Source of the DNA: an uncultured Pseudomonadales bacterium
Lineage (GTDB): Bacteria; Pseudomonadota; Alphaproteobacteria; UBA2136; JAPPOO01
Reading direction: 5' to 3'
DNA length: 24,259 nucleotides
NCBI GenBank assembly: GCA_964506925.1
Contig: CAZDNZ010000001.1
Span: forward strand, 826 to 25,084
Below the pieces are notes generated by a model. It was not told the origin of the DNA and made no database searches. It worked only from the letters and a program-made list of their open reading frames with translations. How positions within the stretch are numbered: position 1 is the stretch's first letter; each line of letters opens with the position of its first letter. The translations under genes were made by a program, and so were the position numbers. Shown in pieces: positions 1 through 9,558 of this stretch.

Positions 1-1665
1 TGATCCAGTCAGGTTCGGTATCTTCAATGGGTAATTTCCCGCAGAAACATCCCCTGTTATAGTAAAAACAACCTGTTGCTTAGGGGGCGTATAATCACCC
101 GTATTGATACTTGTCACAACGCTTACCTGATTACCACCCTCTTCGGTTATTGTCTGTGTCGTAAAACCATTTGCTAGCCAAAATGAGGGTGGTGAGGGGT
201 TTGTACCAGTTACATCCGTAACAACGTTTTGGTCTTTGACGCCGAATATCTGAACGACAGAGCCAGCAACCCAAGACTCACCAGAGTTTAAAGCAAGAAT
301 ATCAATCTCATTGATCGAGGATGTGTTATCCCAACCGATAATTCCATGAAATGGACCAGTGATATTCCCTGAGTTCCCATCATAGCGGTATGAGAAATAT
401 TCGATTAATTTATCTTTATCCCCCGTGTAATTCCGTATGATGAGTTCAAATTGACCAAACTTGCCGTTGCTTCCCGTAGTGTTAAATCTCGGTGATGGCA
501 CCCCTGAACTAGAAGGACCAGTGCTATAATTGGCAAAAACTCTCACACTACGGTAATTCCCATCCGTATTGTCGCCGTTCAGGTATATAACGCTCGCTCC
601 GTTATTGTCAGTGACTTCGCCATAACCTCGAATAATTAATTCATCGTAATCCTGAGAGATACCTGGGAAGTTGAACGATCCGTTTGCAGATAATTCCTTT
701 GTGTGCAATAATGTCTCGGTTCTCATATTGGACTTTGTTACAACAAGGGGTGCTTCACCACTGTTCCCCGACGATCCGCTTGTGGTATCCCCACCATTGA
801 GCAGTACCCAATTAGAATTACCGAGGTACATATAAACTGCTTGTCCACTTTGATGCACATGTAGCGAACCAATTCCAAAACCAGATGCTTCTGTCTGACC
901 ACTGTTCGGGGAACCAGAGCCAGAGAAGTTATTACGAGGTCCAGGGTTATTCAGGAAGTATCGGAAGTCATACCCGTTCCATTTATCGCGCTCTACAACC
1001 CTTGTCTGACCATTGTAGAGGCGAAAAATTCCGGCTGGAATACCTCTTGGGGGAGATTTTAAGGCTATCTCTTGAACGTCAGTTAGATCAAGTGGGATGG
1101 CTAAATGCTGGCTGACGCTCGTAATAACATCAAATGTACCAGAATTATTTAAGTATATAGCGACCAAACGATGATGAGATGTAGTTGACGGTATATAACT
1201 CGTCAAGTCTACACGCACATCGCCAACGTTTTTTACCGTTCGCTCGTGGTCTACGTAAAAGTAGGGGTATATATAAACACTCTTGCTGTCCCCTATAGCC
1301 TTTGCCAATAAGCGCGTATTCGTCTCGGTGGTATATATATCGACAATCTGAGCCTTAGCGGGATTTATGTCATTTATATTCCGACCCTGTGCTGAAAATG
1401 CGGGTTCGGATACTCCTTTTATATACAAAACTTGATTTTTAGAATAACAATCTACGGCTAAGCCCCATGCGCTCTCATCAATAGGTATCGGTGAACTACC
1501 ATCGTATATTGCTATCGTAGAAGGTGAAAAATTATCAGCACGGACGTAGTAGAAAAACCTGTTGCCTACTCGATAACCTATCTCTCGTTGCTCATTGCCG
1601 ATAAAATATACTTCCGTCTTACCAAAAGCGTTTGAAATTTGATGAGATAAAAGACCTTTATTCAT
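1..1665 (-). CDS. Minor tail / tail fibre-like protein, >555 aa, truncated by the window edge (not in the ORF track)
   Basis: Hand translation from ATG at 1665 (1 nt after the tail tip stop) stays open to position 1: MNKGLLSHQISNAFGKTEVYFIG...YVDHERTVKNVGDVRVDLTSYIPSTTSHHRLVAIYL...NNFSGSGSPNSGQTEASGFGIGSLHVHQSGQAVYMYLGNSNWVLL...FNFPGISQDYDELIIRGYG...LNGDNTDGNY...WDNTSSINEIDILALNSGESWVAGSVVQIFGVK...GNYPLKIPNLTGS. G/S/N/T-rich, beta-rich and modular, directly downstream of the tail tip gene. Confidence 0.85.
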   Translation of the reverse strand, partial: MNKGLLSHQISNAFGKTEVYFIGNEQREIGYRVGNRFFYYVRADNFSPSTIAIYDGSSPIPIDESAWGLAVDCYSKNQVLYIKGVSEPAFSAQGRNINDINPAKAQIVDIYTTETNTRLLAKAIGDSKSVYIYPYFYVDHERTVKNVGDVRVDLTSYIPSTTSHHRLVAIYLNNSGTFDVITSVSQHLAIPLDLTDVQEIALKSPPRGIPAGIFRLYNGQTRVVERDKWNGYDFRYFLNNPGPRNNFSGSGSPNSGQTEASGFGIGSLHVHQSGQAVYMYLGNSNWVLLNGGDTTSGSSGNSGEAPLVVTKSNMRTETLLHTKELSANGSFNFPGISQDYDELIIRGYGEVTDNNGASVIYLNGDNTDGNYRSVRVFANYSTGPSSSGVPSPRFNTTGSNGKFGQFELIIRNYTGDKDKLIEYFSYRYDGNSGNITGPFHGIIGWDNTSSINEIDILALNSGESWVAGSVVQIFGVKDQNVVTDVTGTNPSPPSFWLANGFTTQTITEEGGNQVSVVTSINTGDYTPPKQQVVFTITGDVSAGNYPLKIPNLTGS

Positions 1666-1666
1666 C

Positions 1667-4600
1667 CTAAATGACCCAATTGTTTTCCCAAAATGACAGG
1701 TTTGATATATCTGAGTTTCTAGGGTATCTTGTGTAAAAGTTCAAGCCCCCATCCTCACTATATAGTATATCAGTTCCGTCAGTCGTTATGATAATTTGTG
1801 TCCAGTTCGATGGATTTACGAAAACACCTTTGGGTGTATTGGTCGTCAGCGAACCCACGTTTGTAAATACAGACCATATCAAACCGCTACTATCACTCCT
1901 AGCCAACTTATAATCCATGCCGAACAATCCCAAGAAATAAACAGTATCCTCTTTTGTTCTCGGTATCGCTATGCTATGTTCACTTATCGCTAAACCGTCT
2001 GTTGATCCATCATTGGGCGTCCTATTAAAACCGTCTTTGAATAAAGTTGTTTCTGTCGAGTACCATACCTCATCGGTTGAGTTTGTAGCCCATATCGCAA
2101 TAGCATCAGGGGATGTATATGCTAATGGTGTACCGCCGTTAGTTTGTAAAATAGAATCATCATCTGATAGATATGCAATATTGTCTCTATAATTGACAGA
2201 TGTACCTATCTGATCTTGTGGACGATTATTACCAGCAGAAAGATTAAATATGCTGGCATTACTGCCGTATTCCGTACTGTAGGCGTATTTGCCCGATGGT
2301 GTATCTTCGGTGTAGACATAGCATTCGTCAACACGAGCCTCGCCTGATCCACCACCAAAGGTGTTGGAAAGAAAGCCAACTTGGAAAGCAACGCTTCGGA
2401 CATTGGGCACCTGTGAAAATTCCAGATCATACTCAATCCATTTTTTGAGGTTTGAATTTCCTTCTGCGTAAGTACCGAAATTTTTTGTAGATAGCACGCT
2501 ACTGCTTGAATCTAGCAATATGGCTCTAAACCGTACTTGACCCGAATTATTGTTGAAATTCTCGCATTTTAACCAAGATGCCCCGCTAAGACCATGAACG
2601 GTTTTATCCTCATCAAAAGAAAACGTGACAAATGTTTGGTACGACAAATTTATACCTGGTTGAAGCGGTGGGAAATTTTGCACGGCACGTACCGCGTTTT
2701 CCCCGACATAACCATATGCAGCAACGCCGATTGAACCTGGATATAGTGTTTTGTTGTGACCACCCACCCAACCAGGAACCTCGTCATCGACATCAGGAAC
2801 ACTTGTGTTTTCGTAATCCGCACCGTCGAAACCAGCAAAGAAGTTTTCGCGACCAGCAAAGCCATAATCCGTCGTCATAAATATATGCACAACACCAGGA
2901 GCGTCACCTACTTTTATCCGATTCCATCGGCCTGATAACTGAATAGTGTTTTTCCAGATTAAGCCCCGAACAGTTGGTTTATAATATATCAATGAGTTAT
3001 CAGTATCCGAATTGTAAGTCAGCGCATATATCCCCGTTCCGTAAAAATCAAAGCAAAAATCTATAGGGACCCCTTGTGTAGGGTTGATATTATGCGATAA
3101 ACCATAGCTCGGCTTGGCAATATCTTCGGTTATTACCAGATTTTCATTTGTCCGACTGATGCTTACAATCGTAGAACCACTATGAGCGCCACTTATAGGG
3201 GGATTTGACGTATCACGGGGTCTTGGGTTATCGGGGTCCTCTTCCTGATTGTTTCCGGTAGGGGGTAGTGGTGTATTCGGAGTGGGTAAACCCAAACCCT
3301 CTAAATCTAAATAATCTGCAGGGTCTACACTAAAACCAGGATCACCCGGATCAAGATCACCAAAATCAAAACTACCTAAGCCAGGTGCCTGTTCCTCATA
3401 TGTCTGATAAATACCCCGATCAAGCTCCTCTACCAGATTAATCGTAATTTCCTTAATCGGTCCACTTTTTTTATTGGAATAGTTTATCTCCGAATTTTGC
3501 AGGTAAAAATAAGTCGAATCTGTGAAAGTCCTTTGGGGAACAGTGGTGGTAGAGGGTATTGTAACCGTGTAACGCTGCGAACCATGCGGTATTAACCAAT
3601 CATAGGAACCAACAAGGCGTAATCTCATGCGCCAGAAAGGGTTGTTTTCTGCAAAGTGAGTCTGGCATCTAATGCTTAATTCCGAAGAACTATCCTTAAA
3701 GTCCAAATCTGCCTTTAATACCTGCCTATTGTATTCGTTTCTCTGTGGTGCTTCTGTCGGGACTTTGGCAGGGCAGTATGACAAAAGGACAAGTACATCG
3801 TCGGATTCCGTCTGATAAGAACCCCCGTATGCCACCATTCGGCCTATCTGTTGGGGGTGTTCTTTTGCTATTTCATCTATCGCGACTAAATCTTGCTGCT
3901 CTATGTCAAATATTGTGAGTAAGTCAGCACGGTCTGTATCGCTCAGATATTGACCTGATCTGTCAAAATGAATACCACCTTCGGGTCTTTCATTCATCCA
4001 TGCGTTAATCGCGAATTGAAGGCTCTCTAAGGTATCGTAAGCGCTTTGCTTGACTGTACCGAAGGAATCTATACGATAATCATTTGATGTATCGAATATC
4101 GCGATGGGTGCAATATTGCTTAGAGAACAAAGTTGAGTGGCGATTAGAGAAAAAGCTCTCCATATCGTAAGGTCTTTTACTTCACCGTATTTATCGGGCG
4201 TACCAGTGGGGGGTATCATAGCAATTGTGCCGAGTCCCACTCTGGTTATGTATTGGACCGTACTCTCTAATGTAATACCTGCTGTCTTTACATAACCACG
4301 TCGCTCTTTTACCAGAACACTATTTCTCTCAGGGACGATCCTACCTATAAATTTGACATTGTTTTCGGTCTCATCTTGGTTTATGTCAAATACACATACG
4401 AGTTGCTGATATGCCCATTGTTCGGGGATATAATGCGTTTTTATTTCGCATGTCCCACCCCTGCCTAACTCGTATGAAAATCGCGATGATTCTATTTCTA
4501 TCAAGTTGAGAGTTGATTCGTTTATGTCTTCTGCAAGAACAAAAACAGGGCATGTGTAAAAACCATCTACGCCATTGCTATCCGTCATCGTTAACCTGAG

Positions 4601-5281
4601 CCAATATACACCCTCTGATGTATAAGTCAACGTGCTATCGGATAGGCTAAATGTAGAATCTAAATTGTTCGTTATTGTCGGATTGGTTACATTTCCATTT
4701 CCATCATTGAGCGAAACACTACTCAAAGCGGCACCTGATGTCGGCACAACTACGTTTGTAACAAAGTCGATAGATGCTGAACCCGAAGATAGTTGAACAA
4801 CATAAGCCTGTTGCGGAATACGGTCTTGCTCATCTGTGCCAGCACCTACAAAAGGAGGTATCTGTTCAAAACTCTGGTCGAAGTCGAAACGGATGGTTTC
4901 ACCGACCACATAGGGGTATTTCGGCAGGAGAGGAACATCCCGAATAACCCATATAAAGTCATTATCTTGAATATTCGCAGATGTAGCATTTATATATAAG
5001 GTCGATCCGCTTATCGGTTTCCTGACTCTGGTCCGCAAATAGGCCGAATTTTTGGAAGATGTTCTGGATACAAGCACTAAAAATCCCGTTAAAACATCGC
5101 CCGTCTGACCCGTAATATTGTCTATTGTAATTTCGCCCAATATGTCATCGAAACCAGACTGATTGACCTGGGCGCTGATTACGACATCGTTTGGGTTCAT
5201 AACCGCGTATTGCTTATATTGGCTTCCTGATCGAGCTTGTGATTTTTCTTGCGACGTAACCGCAGTTATACGAAATGCCAT
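1667..5281 (-). CDS. Tail tip / hub protein with distal receptor-binding-like modules (1204 aa)
   Basis: Large ORF after tape measure and Dit-like gene. Contains a PKD/Ig-like motif (YTSEGVYWLRLTMTDSNG), a Pro/Asp-rich linker, a jelly-roll-like segment and C-terminal Asp-box-like motifs (RSDSSGLIW, YSEDGGLNF). Confidence 0.75.
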   Translation of the reverse strand: MAFRITAVTSQEKSQARSGSQYKQYAVMNPNDVVISAQVNQSGFDDILGEITIDNITGQTGDVLTGFLVLVSRTSSKNSAYLRTRVRKPISGSTLYINATSANIQDNDFIWVIRDVPLLPKYPYVVGETIRFDFDQSFEQIPPFVGAGTDEQDRIPQQAYVVQLSSGSASIDFVTNVVVPTSGAALSSVSLNDGNGNVTNPTITNNLDSTFSLSDSTLTYTSEGVYWLRLTMTDSNGVDGFYTCPVFVLAEDINESTLNLIEIESSRFSYELGRGGTCEIKTHYIPEQWAYQQLVCVFDINQDETENNVKFIGRIVPERNSVLVKERRGYVKTAGITLESTVQYITRVGLGTIAMIPPTGTPDKYGEVKDLTIWRAFSLIATQLCSLSNIAPIAIFDTSNDYRIDSFGTVKQSAYDTLESLQFAINAWMNERPEGGIHFDRSGQYLSDTDRADLLTIFDIEQQDLVAIDEIAKEHPQQIGRMVAYGGSYQTESDDVLVLLSYCPAKVPTEAPQRNEYNRQVLKADLDFKDSSSELSIRCQTHFAENNPFWRMRLRLVGSYDWLIPHGSQRYTVTIPSTTTVPQRTFTDSTYFYLQNSEINYSNKKSGPIKEITINLVEELDRGIYQTYEEQAPGLGSFDFGDLDPGDPGFSVDPADYLDLEGLGLPTPNTPLPPTGNNQEEDPDNPRPRDTSNPPISGAHSGSTIVSISRTNENLVITEDIAKPSYGLSHNINPTQGVPIDFCFDFYGTGIYALTYNSDTDNSLIYYKPTVRGLIWKNTIQLSGRWNRIKVGDAPGVVHIFMTTDYGFAGRENFFAGFDGADYENTSVPDVDDEVPGWVGGHNKTLYPGSIGVAAYGYVGENAVRAVQNFPPLQPGINLSYQTFVTFSFDEDKTVHGLSGASWLKCENFNNNSGQVRFRAILLDSSSSVLSTKNFGTYAEGNSNLKKWIEYDLEFSQVPNVRSVAFQVGFLSNTFGGGSGEARVDECYVYTEDTPSGKYAYSTEYGSNASIFNLSAGNNRPQDQIGTSVNYRDNIAYLSDDDSILQTNGGTPLAYTSPDAIAIWATNSTDEVWYSTETTLFKDGFNRTPNDGSTDGLAISEHSIAIPRTKEDTVYFLGLFGMDYKLARSDSSGLIWSVFTNVGSLTTNTPKGVFVNPSNWTQIIITTDGTDILYSEDGGLNFYTRYPRNSDISNLSFWENNWVI

Positions 5282-5697
5282 TATATTATCTCTACGTACA
5301 TGAATCTAATTGTATAACCAATAGCCCAAAAATAATCATTTTCCCAATCTCTACCACCAATTTTCGGCAATATCATCAGGGCGTTACAATCGACATAATC
5401 ATCATCACGGAAACGCCGAGTTCTAACCGTTACATTCCCGCTACGCCCATTTGAGCAATAATCCGTGCTTAGCTTGGAATCTAGGCTATATAACATGGGT
5501 GAAATTCTAAACTCAAAGTAGGCAAATCCTTCATCACGAACTGTCGCGCCAATGGAGATAATTTCTTCACCGTTTTCCCACGTTGAGAGTGTTTGTACTT
5601 CTCCCATTTCATAACCGTCTGTATCGGTAATGGCCTCAAAATCGGTATATCCCGCTTTATTGTTGTGACCTGCCGCTATTCGTATGTTATTGCTCAT
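5281..5697 (-). CDS. Putative distal tail (Dit-like) protein (138 aa)
   Basis: Small beta-rich ORF immediately after the tape measure, coupled on both sides (ATGA and TAATG overlaps). Product assigned by position. Confidence 0.6.
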   Translation of the reverse strand: MSNNIRIAAGHNNKAGYTDFEAITDTDGYEMGEVQTLSTWENGEEIISIGATVRDEGFAYFEFRISPMLYSLDSKLSTDYCSNGRSGNVTVRTRRFRDDDYVDCNALMILPKIGGRDWENDYFWAIGYTIRFMYVEII

Positions 5698-8600
5698 CGG
5701 GTTAAATCCCTATGCGTTTCTATCCAAGTAGAGGGTATTCTGTTGTAATCTGAGACAGAACTTAGGAAAATCCGCATAACCGAATCATTCCCTTTTTGTA
5801 CACCCCGTCCTACCGCGTCGGCTAGTTCTTCAGGTGATAATCCAGAACCATCTATATTCACATTGTTCTGTACACTTACGGATGATCCACCAGAACCGCC
5901 CATTATATCCCTCGCTTGCTGTAAAAGTTTCAGTCGCGCCGCCTCTTTCGCCTCTTCGCCCATCATGATAAGCTCTAATTCTTTTTCTATCGAATCTCTT
6001 AAAACTTGCAATCTCGTTTGATAGGCTTGGTGTTCTAGGCGTATCGCCTTCTGATGGTATTCGGTTGCGTCGTCTAGTGCGCGTTGCTGAGCCTGACGAC
6101 TATCCCTGAGTTCTCTATTATAACGTATCTTTAAATCCTGCTGTGCTTCGCGATATGCAATCATTCTTTCGCGACGTTTTATTTCAAAGTCACGTTGCAT
6201 ATCTTGTAGTTCGACTTGTCGCTGTCTTACCTTTTCCTCTTGTTCAATGCCAAAGTCCTCTTGCTCTGACTCTATGTTGTTTCTAGCATCACGCATGATC
6301 TCAAAGATTCTACGGAAGTCGAATTCTAAGAGGGCCTTATCGCGCTCTTGACGTGCTTTTTCTAAAATCTCTTTTAACTTATCGACATGCTTACGGTAAT
6401 CTTCTACTTCTTTCCTTAAGTATTCTTGGCGTTCTTCTAGCACAGCGTCTTGTAACTCACGCTCTTGCTTCGCAAAATCTCTCTTTAGGTCGCGCTGCGC
6501 GTCTTTACGACTGTCTTTTAGACTCTGTAATGCTTTTTCGGCGGCTTCCTTCGCTCGTTTCGCTATCTCTATTTGTTTTTCCGCATAATCTTCATTTATA
6601 TCAGCTAGTTTTTTCAGATGTGAGTCCTCAGCCGATTCCGTGTCCTCATTATATTTTTTTACCGCATCTATGAGTTTATCGACCTGTTCATCTGTGACAT
6701 CCATTGATTCTTTTAATCTATCAAAGGCGCTTACTACTTCATCTATATCTTCAGACGTGTCTGATCCAGCCTTCCCTAGTAGTCCTAACGAGTCGGCAGT
6801 CCCCGTCGCTAAATCTGCAATTTTTCTGTTATAAAAATCTATTATATCATCAGCACCGCCTTCGGGACCTTCACCGAATGAACCCCGACCCGCATTAAAT
6901 TCATCTAAGCTCTCGATGGAAGCATTCAAGGTCTCTATTGCGTCGTTGAACTCATCTTGCCTCCCGATAAAAAACCCCAGGGTGTTTGCTAAATAAACAA
7001 GCTGTTTGGCGAATTCTAAAAGGAACCTAGATACTCCGAGTACAGCTGTTAAAAAAATATTGCTCAGTATATGCCCCAATAAGTGAAAGTCTCTAATTAA
7101 CGCTATAACTACAGAAACGAGACCCGTTAATATTATAGTTAAAGATTCAAGCGTGTGTTCCAGAGGTGTCTTTTTGCCCGACTCCTTTCTCTCTTTGTCA
7201 ATAATTCTATTTAGTTGCAGTACAGCGCTAGCTAAATTGTCATTTTCCCTGGCCTCGTTTATCAAATTCGCTATATCGCGTGTTGGGATTTTTAAGTCAA
7301 ACTTTTGTTTTATCTCACCAGCGCTGAGTTTTTCCAAGTCATCGACACTTGCTCTTAAACCATCATCCACATGAGATAACAGATCGCCGAATATATCCAT
7401 TTGTGCGGCAAATTTCATTATCTCATTTCCCATAATCGTACCCGCCGCTAGAGATGCACCCGTGACTCCCACTCTTACAGAAGGCATTTTAGCAAAGGTT
7501 TTCATTCCGGCACCGAGATTATTTCCGGTAAAAAGATTGAAAAAACCAGCAACGCCGCGCTGCTGACCTAATGCGGCTGCACCCGACATAGCGGCTGTTA
7601 GGGCAGTTATACCGAGAGTGAGTGATCCTATTGTGCCGATAAACTTTATAAGTTCAGGTTCTTCCATTATGAGTTGATTTAGAAAGTTACTAAAATCTTT
7701 CGATATATCGTTTATAGATTCCTCAATCGGAGCCATTCCGACAGCCCCTAAGAGTTTGAAAGAACTTTGTAACTGTTCTACACCTCGGATACCCGTTTCG
7801 CCCAATTCCTTCAATTTATCCTCGGTGATACCGATCTGACCGAGGTATTGAGATAAACCTTGCAACGCCGCCTCTGGTCCTGCCCTGAAAAGTTCCGTTA
7901 GCTGTTCTCTAGTTACAGGTAACTCGAAACGACGAATCAGTGACTCTTCATCGCCAGCTAGAAATTCTTGCAAAGCGATACGTGCGCCGCCTACACCTTG
8001 CTCAGGACTTAATGTACCTAGTTGCTCTGAAATGAGCAAGACCTGTCGCATAACCGATTGCATAGACGCCCCTGTTTGATTAGAAGTGGCGCGAACAATA
8101 GGAAGAAATTCACGGAACGCTTGTATAGTCTCAAATATAGGACGATTGAACTCTTGGGAAAACTGATTCGCCTGAACCATAAACTGTTCAAACTCATCAT
8201 CCGTTGGTAACATGACGCGGGTTGTCTCTTGCAGTCTCCTTAACTCATTCGATGTATTTAAGCCCCTCTGGACCGCCATCGAACCACCGACCATTGTCGC
8301 TAGATTTATCAGCCCTTCATTGATACTCTGTTGTCGCTGTAGTAGTCTGTTGTTTCTTTCTTCAGCGTCCGCCCTTTTCTTCACTTGCATTAACAAGCGA
8401 CGCTCTAAGGCAATACGCTCTTGTATTATCTGATTTTGTTTCTGCTCAATATTAAGAGCAATTTTGTCGCCCGTGTCTGTGTCGCCAGAAGAAAAAGCAG
8501 ACCTCATTGATTTCTGCTGACCCTCTATCTGACTCTTTAGTTTGGATATTCTAATACGGGACCTGTCAATTTGAGCGTCCATCTTCCGCATTGTATTATC

Positions 8601-8765
8601 GGATAGCTTGATGAGCGACTCGCCAAAATTGCTAGAGGATGTCTGAGATTCTTGAAATGTCTTTTCAAGGGTAATAAACTGGCGTCTAACCTTGCTTACA
8701 GATTGCTCAAGATCAGAAGGGTCTAATGAAATTTTTACCTGAATGTCGTCTGCACTAGGATTCAT
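5694..8765 (-). CDS. Tape measure protein (1023 aa)
   Basis: Long, mostly helical ORF after the chaperone pair, with N- and C-terminal coiled-coil regions, central Ala/Gly-rich hydrophobic stretches and a C-terminal SVSVQNNVNIDG strand typical of tape measures. Confidence 0.92.
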   Translation of the reverse strand: MNPSADDIQVKISLDPSDLEQSVSKVRRQFITLEKTFQESQTSSSNFGESLIKLSDNTMRKMDAQIDRSRIRISKLKSQIEGQQKSMRSAFSSGDTDTGDKIALNIEQKQNQIIQERIALERRLLMQVKKRADAEERNNRLLQRQQSINEGLINLATMVGGSMAVQRGLNTSNELRRLQETTRVMLPTDDEFEQFMVQANQFSQEFNRPIFETIQAFREFLPIVRATSNQTGASMQSVMRQVLLISEQLGTLSPEQGVGGARIALQEFLAGDEESLIRRFELPVTREQLTELFRAGPEAALQGLSQYLGQIGITEDKLKELGETGIRGVEQLQSSFKLLGAVGMAPIEESINDISKDFSNFLNQLIMEEPELIKFIGTIGSLTLGITALTAAMSGAAALGQQRGVAGFFNLFTGNNLGAGMKTFAKMPSVRVGVTGASLAAGTIMGNEIMKFAAQMDIFGDLLSHVDDGLRASVDDLEKLSAGEIKQKFDLKIPTRDIANLINEARENDNLASAVLQLNRIIDKERKESGKKTPLEHTLESLTIILTGLVSVVIALIRDFHLLGHILSNIFLTAVLGVSRFLLEFAKQLVYLANTLGFFIGRQDEFNDAIETLNASIESLDEFNAGRGSFGEGPEGGADDIIDFYNRKIADLATGTADSLGLLGKAGSDTSEDIDEVVSAFDRLKESMDVTDEQVDKLIDAVKKYNEDTESAEDSHLKKLADINEDYAEKQIEIAKRAKEAAEKALQSLKDSRKDAQRDLKRDFAKQERELQDAVLEERQEYLRKEVEDYRKHVDKLKEILEKARQERDKALLEFDFRRIFEIMRDARNNIESEQEDFGIEQEEKVRQRQVELQDMQRDFEIKRRERMIAYREAQQDLKIRYNRELRDSRQAQQRALDDATEYHQKAIRLEHQAYQTRLQVLRDSIEKELELIMMGEEAKEAARLKLLQQARDIMGGSGGSSVSVQNNVNIDGSGLSPEELADAVGRGVQKGNDSVMRIFLSSVSDYNRIPSTWIETHRDLTR

Positions 8766-9125
8766 TTATTTCCCACCTACTCGGATAACCCCTGGAGCAG
8801 GGGCCATTTGACCTCTTCTTTTAACAAGCCGTTCTTCATGTCTTTCTTGCTTAGACTTTAGCGCTTGTTCATAGGCTTGTTTCATATAATTATCTTGAAC
8901 CCTCTTTGTCAGTTCGCCTTTGTGATTTTTAGCAAGTTCATAATAAAGGGATTCTATTTCAGACTTCAGATGTGAACCTACTATATGAACCGCTTCATCA
9001 AAATGATAGCATAAGAGACCCCATTCTCCATGCAAGCCTGATTCTCGACTAGCCATTTCTGAAACGCGCATGTATTCGCTTGGGGTAATTCCAAACGCCT
9101 TACTGCGATTCCAGAGGTCCATCAC
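8766..9125 (-). CDS. Tail assembly chaperone, downstream (gpT-like) portion; probably expressed by frameshift from the upstream gene
   Basis: Sits between the gpG-like gene and the tape measure and overlaps the upstream ORF by 26 nt. No well-spaced RBS at its GTG/ATG. The frame opens just before the T6 run at 9142-9147. Sequence DLWNRSKAFGITPSEY...YHFDEAV. Confidence 0.7.
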   Translation of the reverse strand: MMDLWNRSKAFGITPSEYMRVSEMASRESGLHGEWGLLCYHFDEAVHIVGSHLKSEIESLYYELAKNHKGELTKRVQDNYMKQAYEQALKSKQERHEERLVKRRGQMAPAPGVIRVGGK

Positions 9126-9558
9126 CCGTCTTTTGTTGATGAAAAAAGTCTACAAAGGGTTTGATGCCTTTGCTGCTCCAATCTGATAGGACCGACAAAT
9201 CCTCATCTTCAAGTTCTTCGAGTGCTATTTGTTCGTCGGTTTCCAAGTCTTCGAGATTATTAACAACCTGTGGGTAGATAATCATCTCTTTAGCCAGTAG
9301 TTCAAAGTATTCCCGAACAGCACGCATGTTTTCGCGGTATTCTTGTGGAGTTGTTTTCTTGCCACGAAGAACTTGCGATACATCGACCTCGCTGCTGGCA
9401 AAGTATTTCAGCAGGGTATTCGGAACCTTATCCGAACGCAAAATAGCACTCTGGCTGGCGGGGCGTATGGTAACAGAAAGCCCTGAAGGGAGAACAATGT
9501 CCATTCCCTCTTCATAGGCTTGTTTTCTATAGCTTCTATAGCTACGAACGTCGATCAT
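9100..9558 (-). CDS. Tail assembly chaperone (gpG-like), 152 aa
   Basis: Position after the tail tube gene. Start moved to ATG 9558 (TAATG overlap with the tail tube stop, GGAG upstream). Sequence includes LPSGLSVTIRP and an acidic C-terminal helix. Confidence 0.75.
   Translation of the reverse strand: MIDVRSYRSYRKQAYEEGMDIVLPSGLSVTIRPASQSAILRSDKVPNTLLKYFASSEVDVSQVLRGKKTTPQEYRENMRAVREYFELLAKEMIIYPQVVNNLEDLETDEQIALEELEDEDLSVLSDWSSKGIKPFVDFFHQQKTGDGPLESQ
9141..9148 (-). other. Candidate programmed ribosomal frameshift site C_UUU_UUU_C (+1 or -2)
   Basis: GAC TTT TTT CAT near the end of the gpG-like ORF. The downstream ORF is in the +1 frame, which opens right after a TAG at 9150-9152. The -1 frame closes at a TGA before the downstream ORF. 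Confidence 0.6.

Noticed and set aside
1-5281. Diversity-generating retroelement target or invertible tail fibre segment
   Set aside because: No reverse transcriptase, invertase, or template/variable repeat pair is visible in the window; it cannot be excluded beyond the left edge.
9120-9170. Canonical -1 frameshift for the tail chaperone
   Set aside because: There is no X_XXY_YYZ heptamer, the -1 frame terminates at TGA, and the downstream ORF is in the +1 frame.
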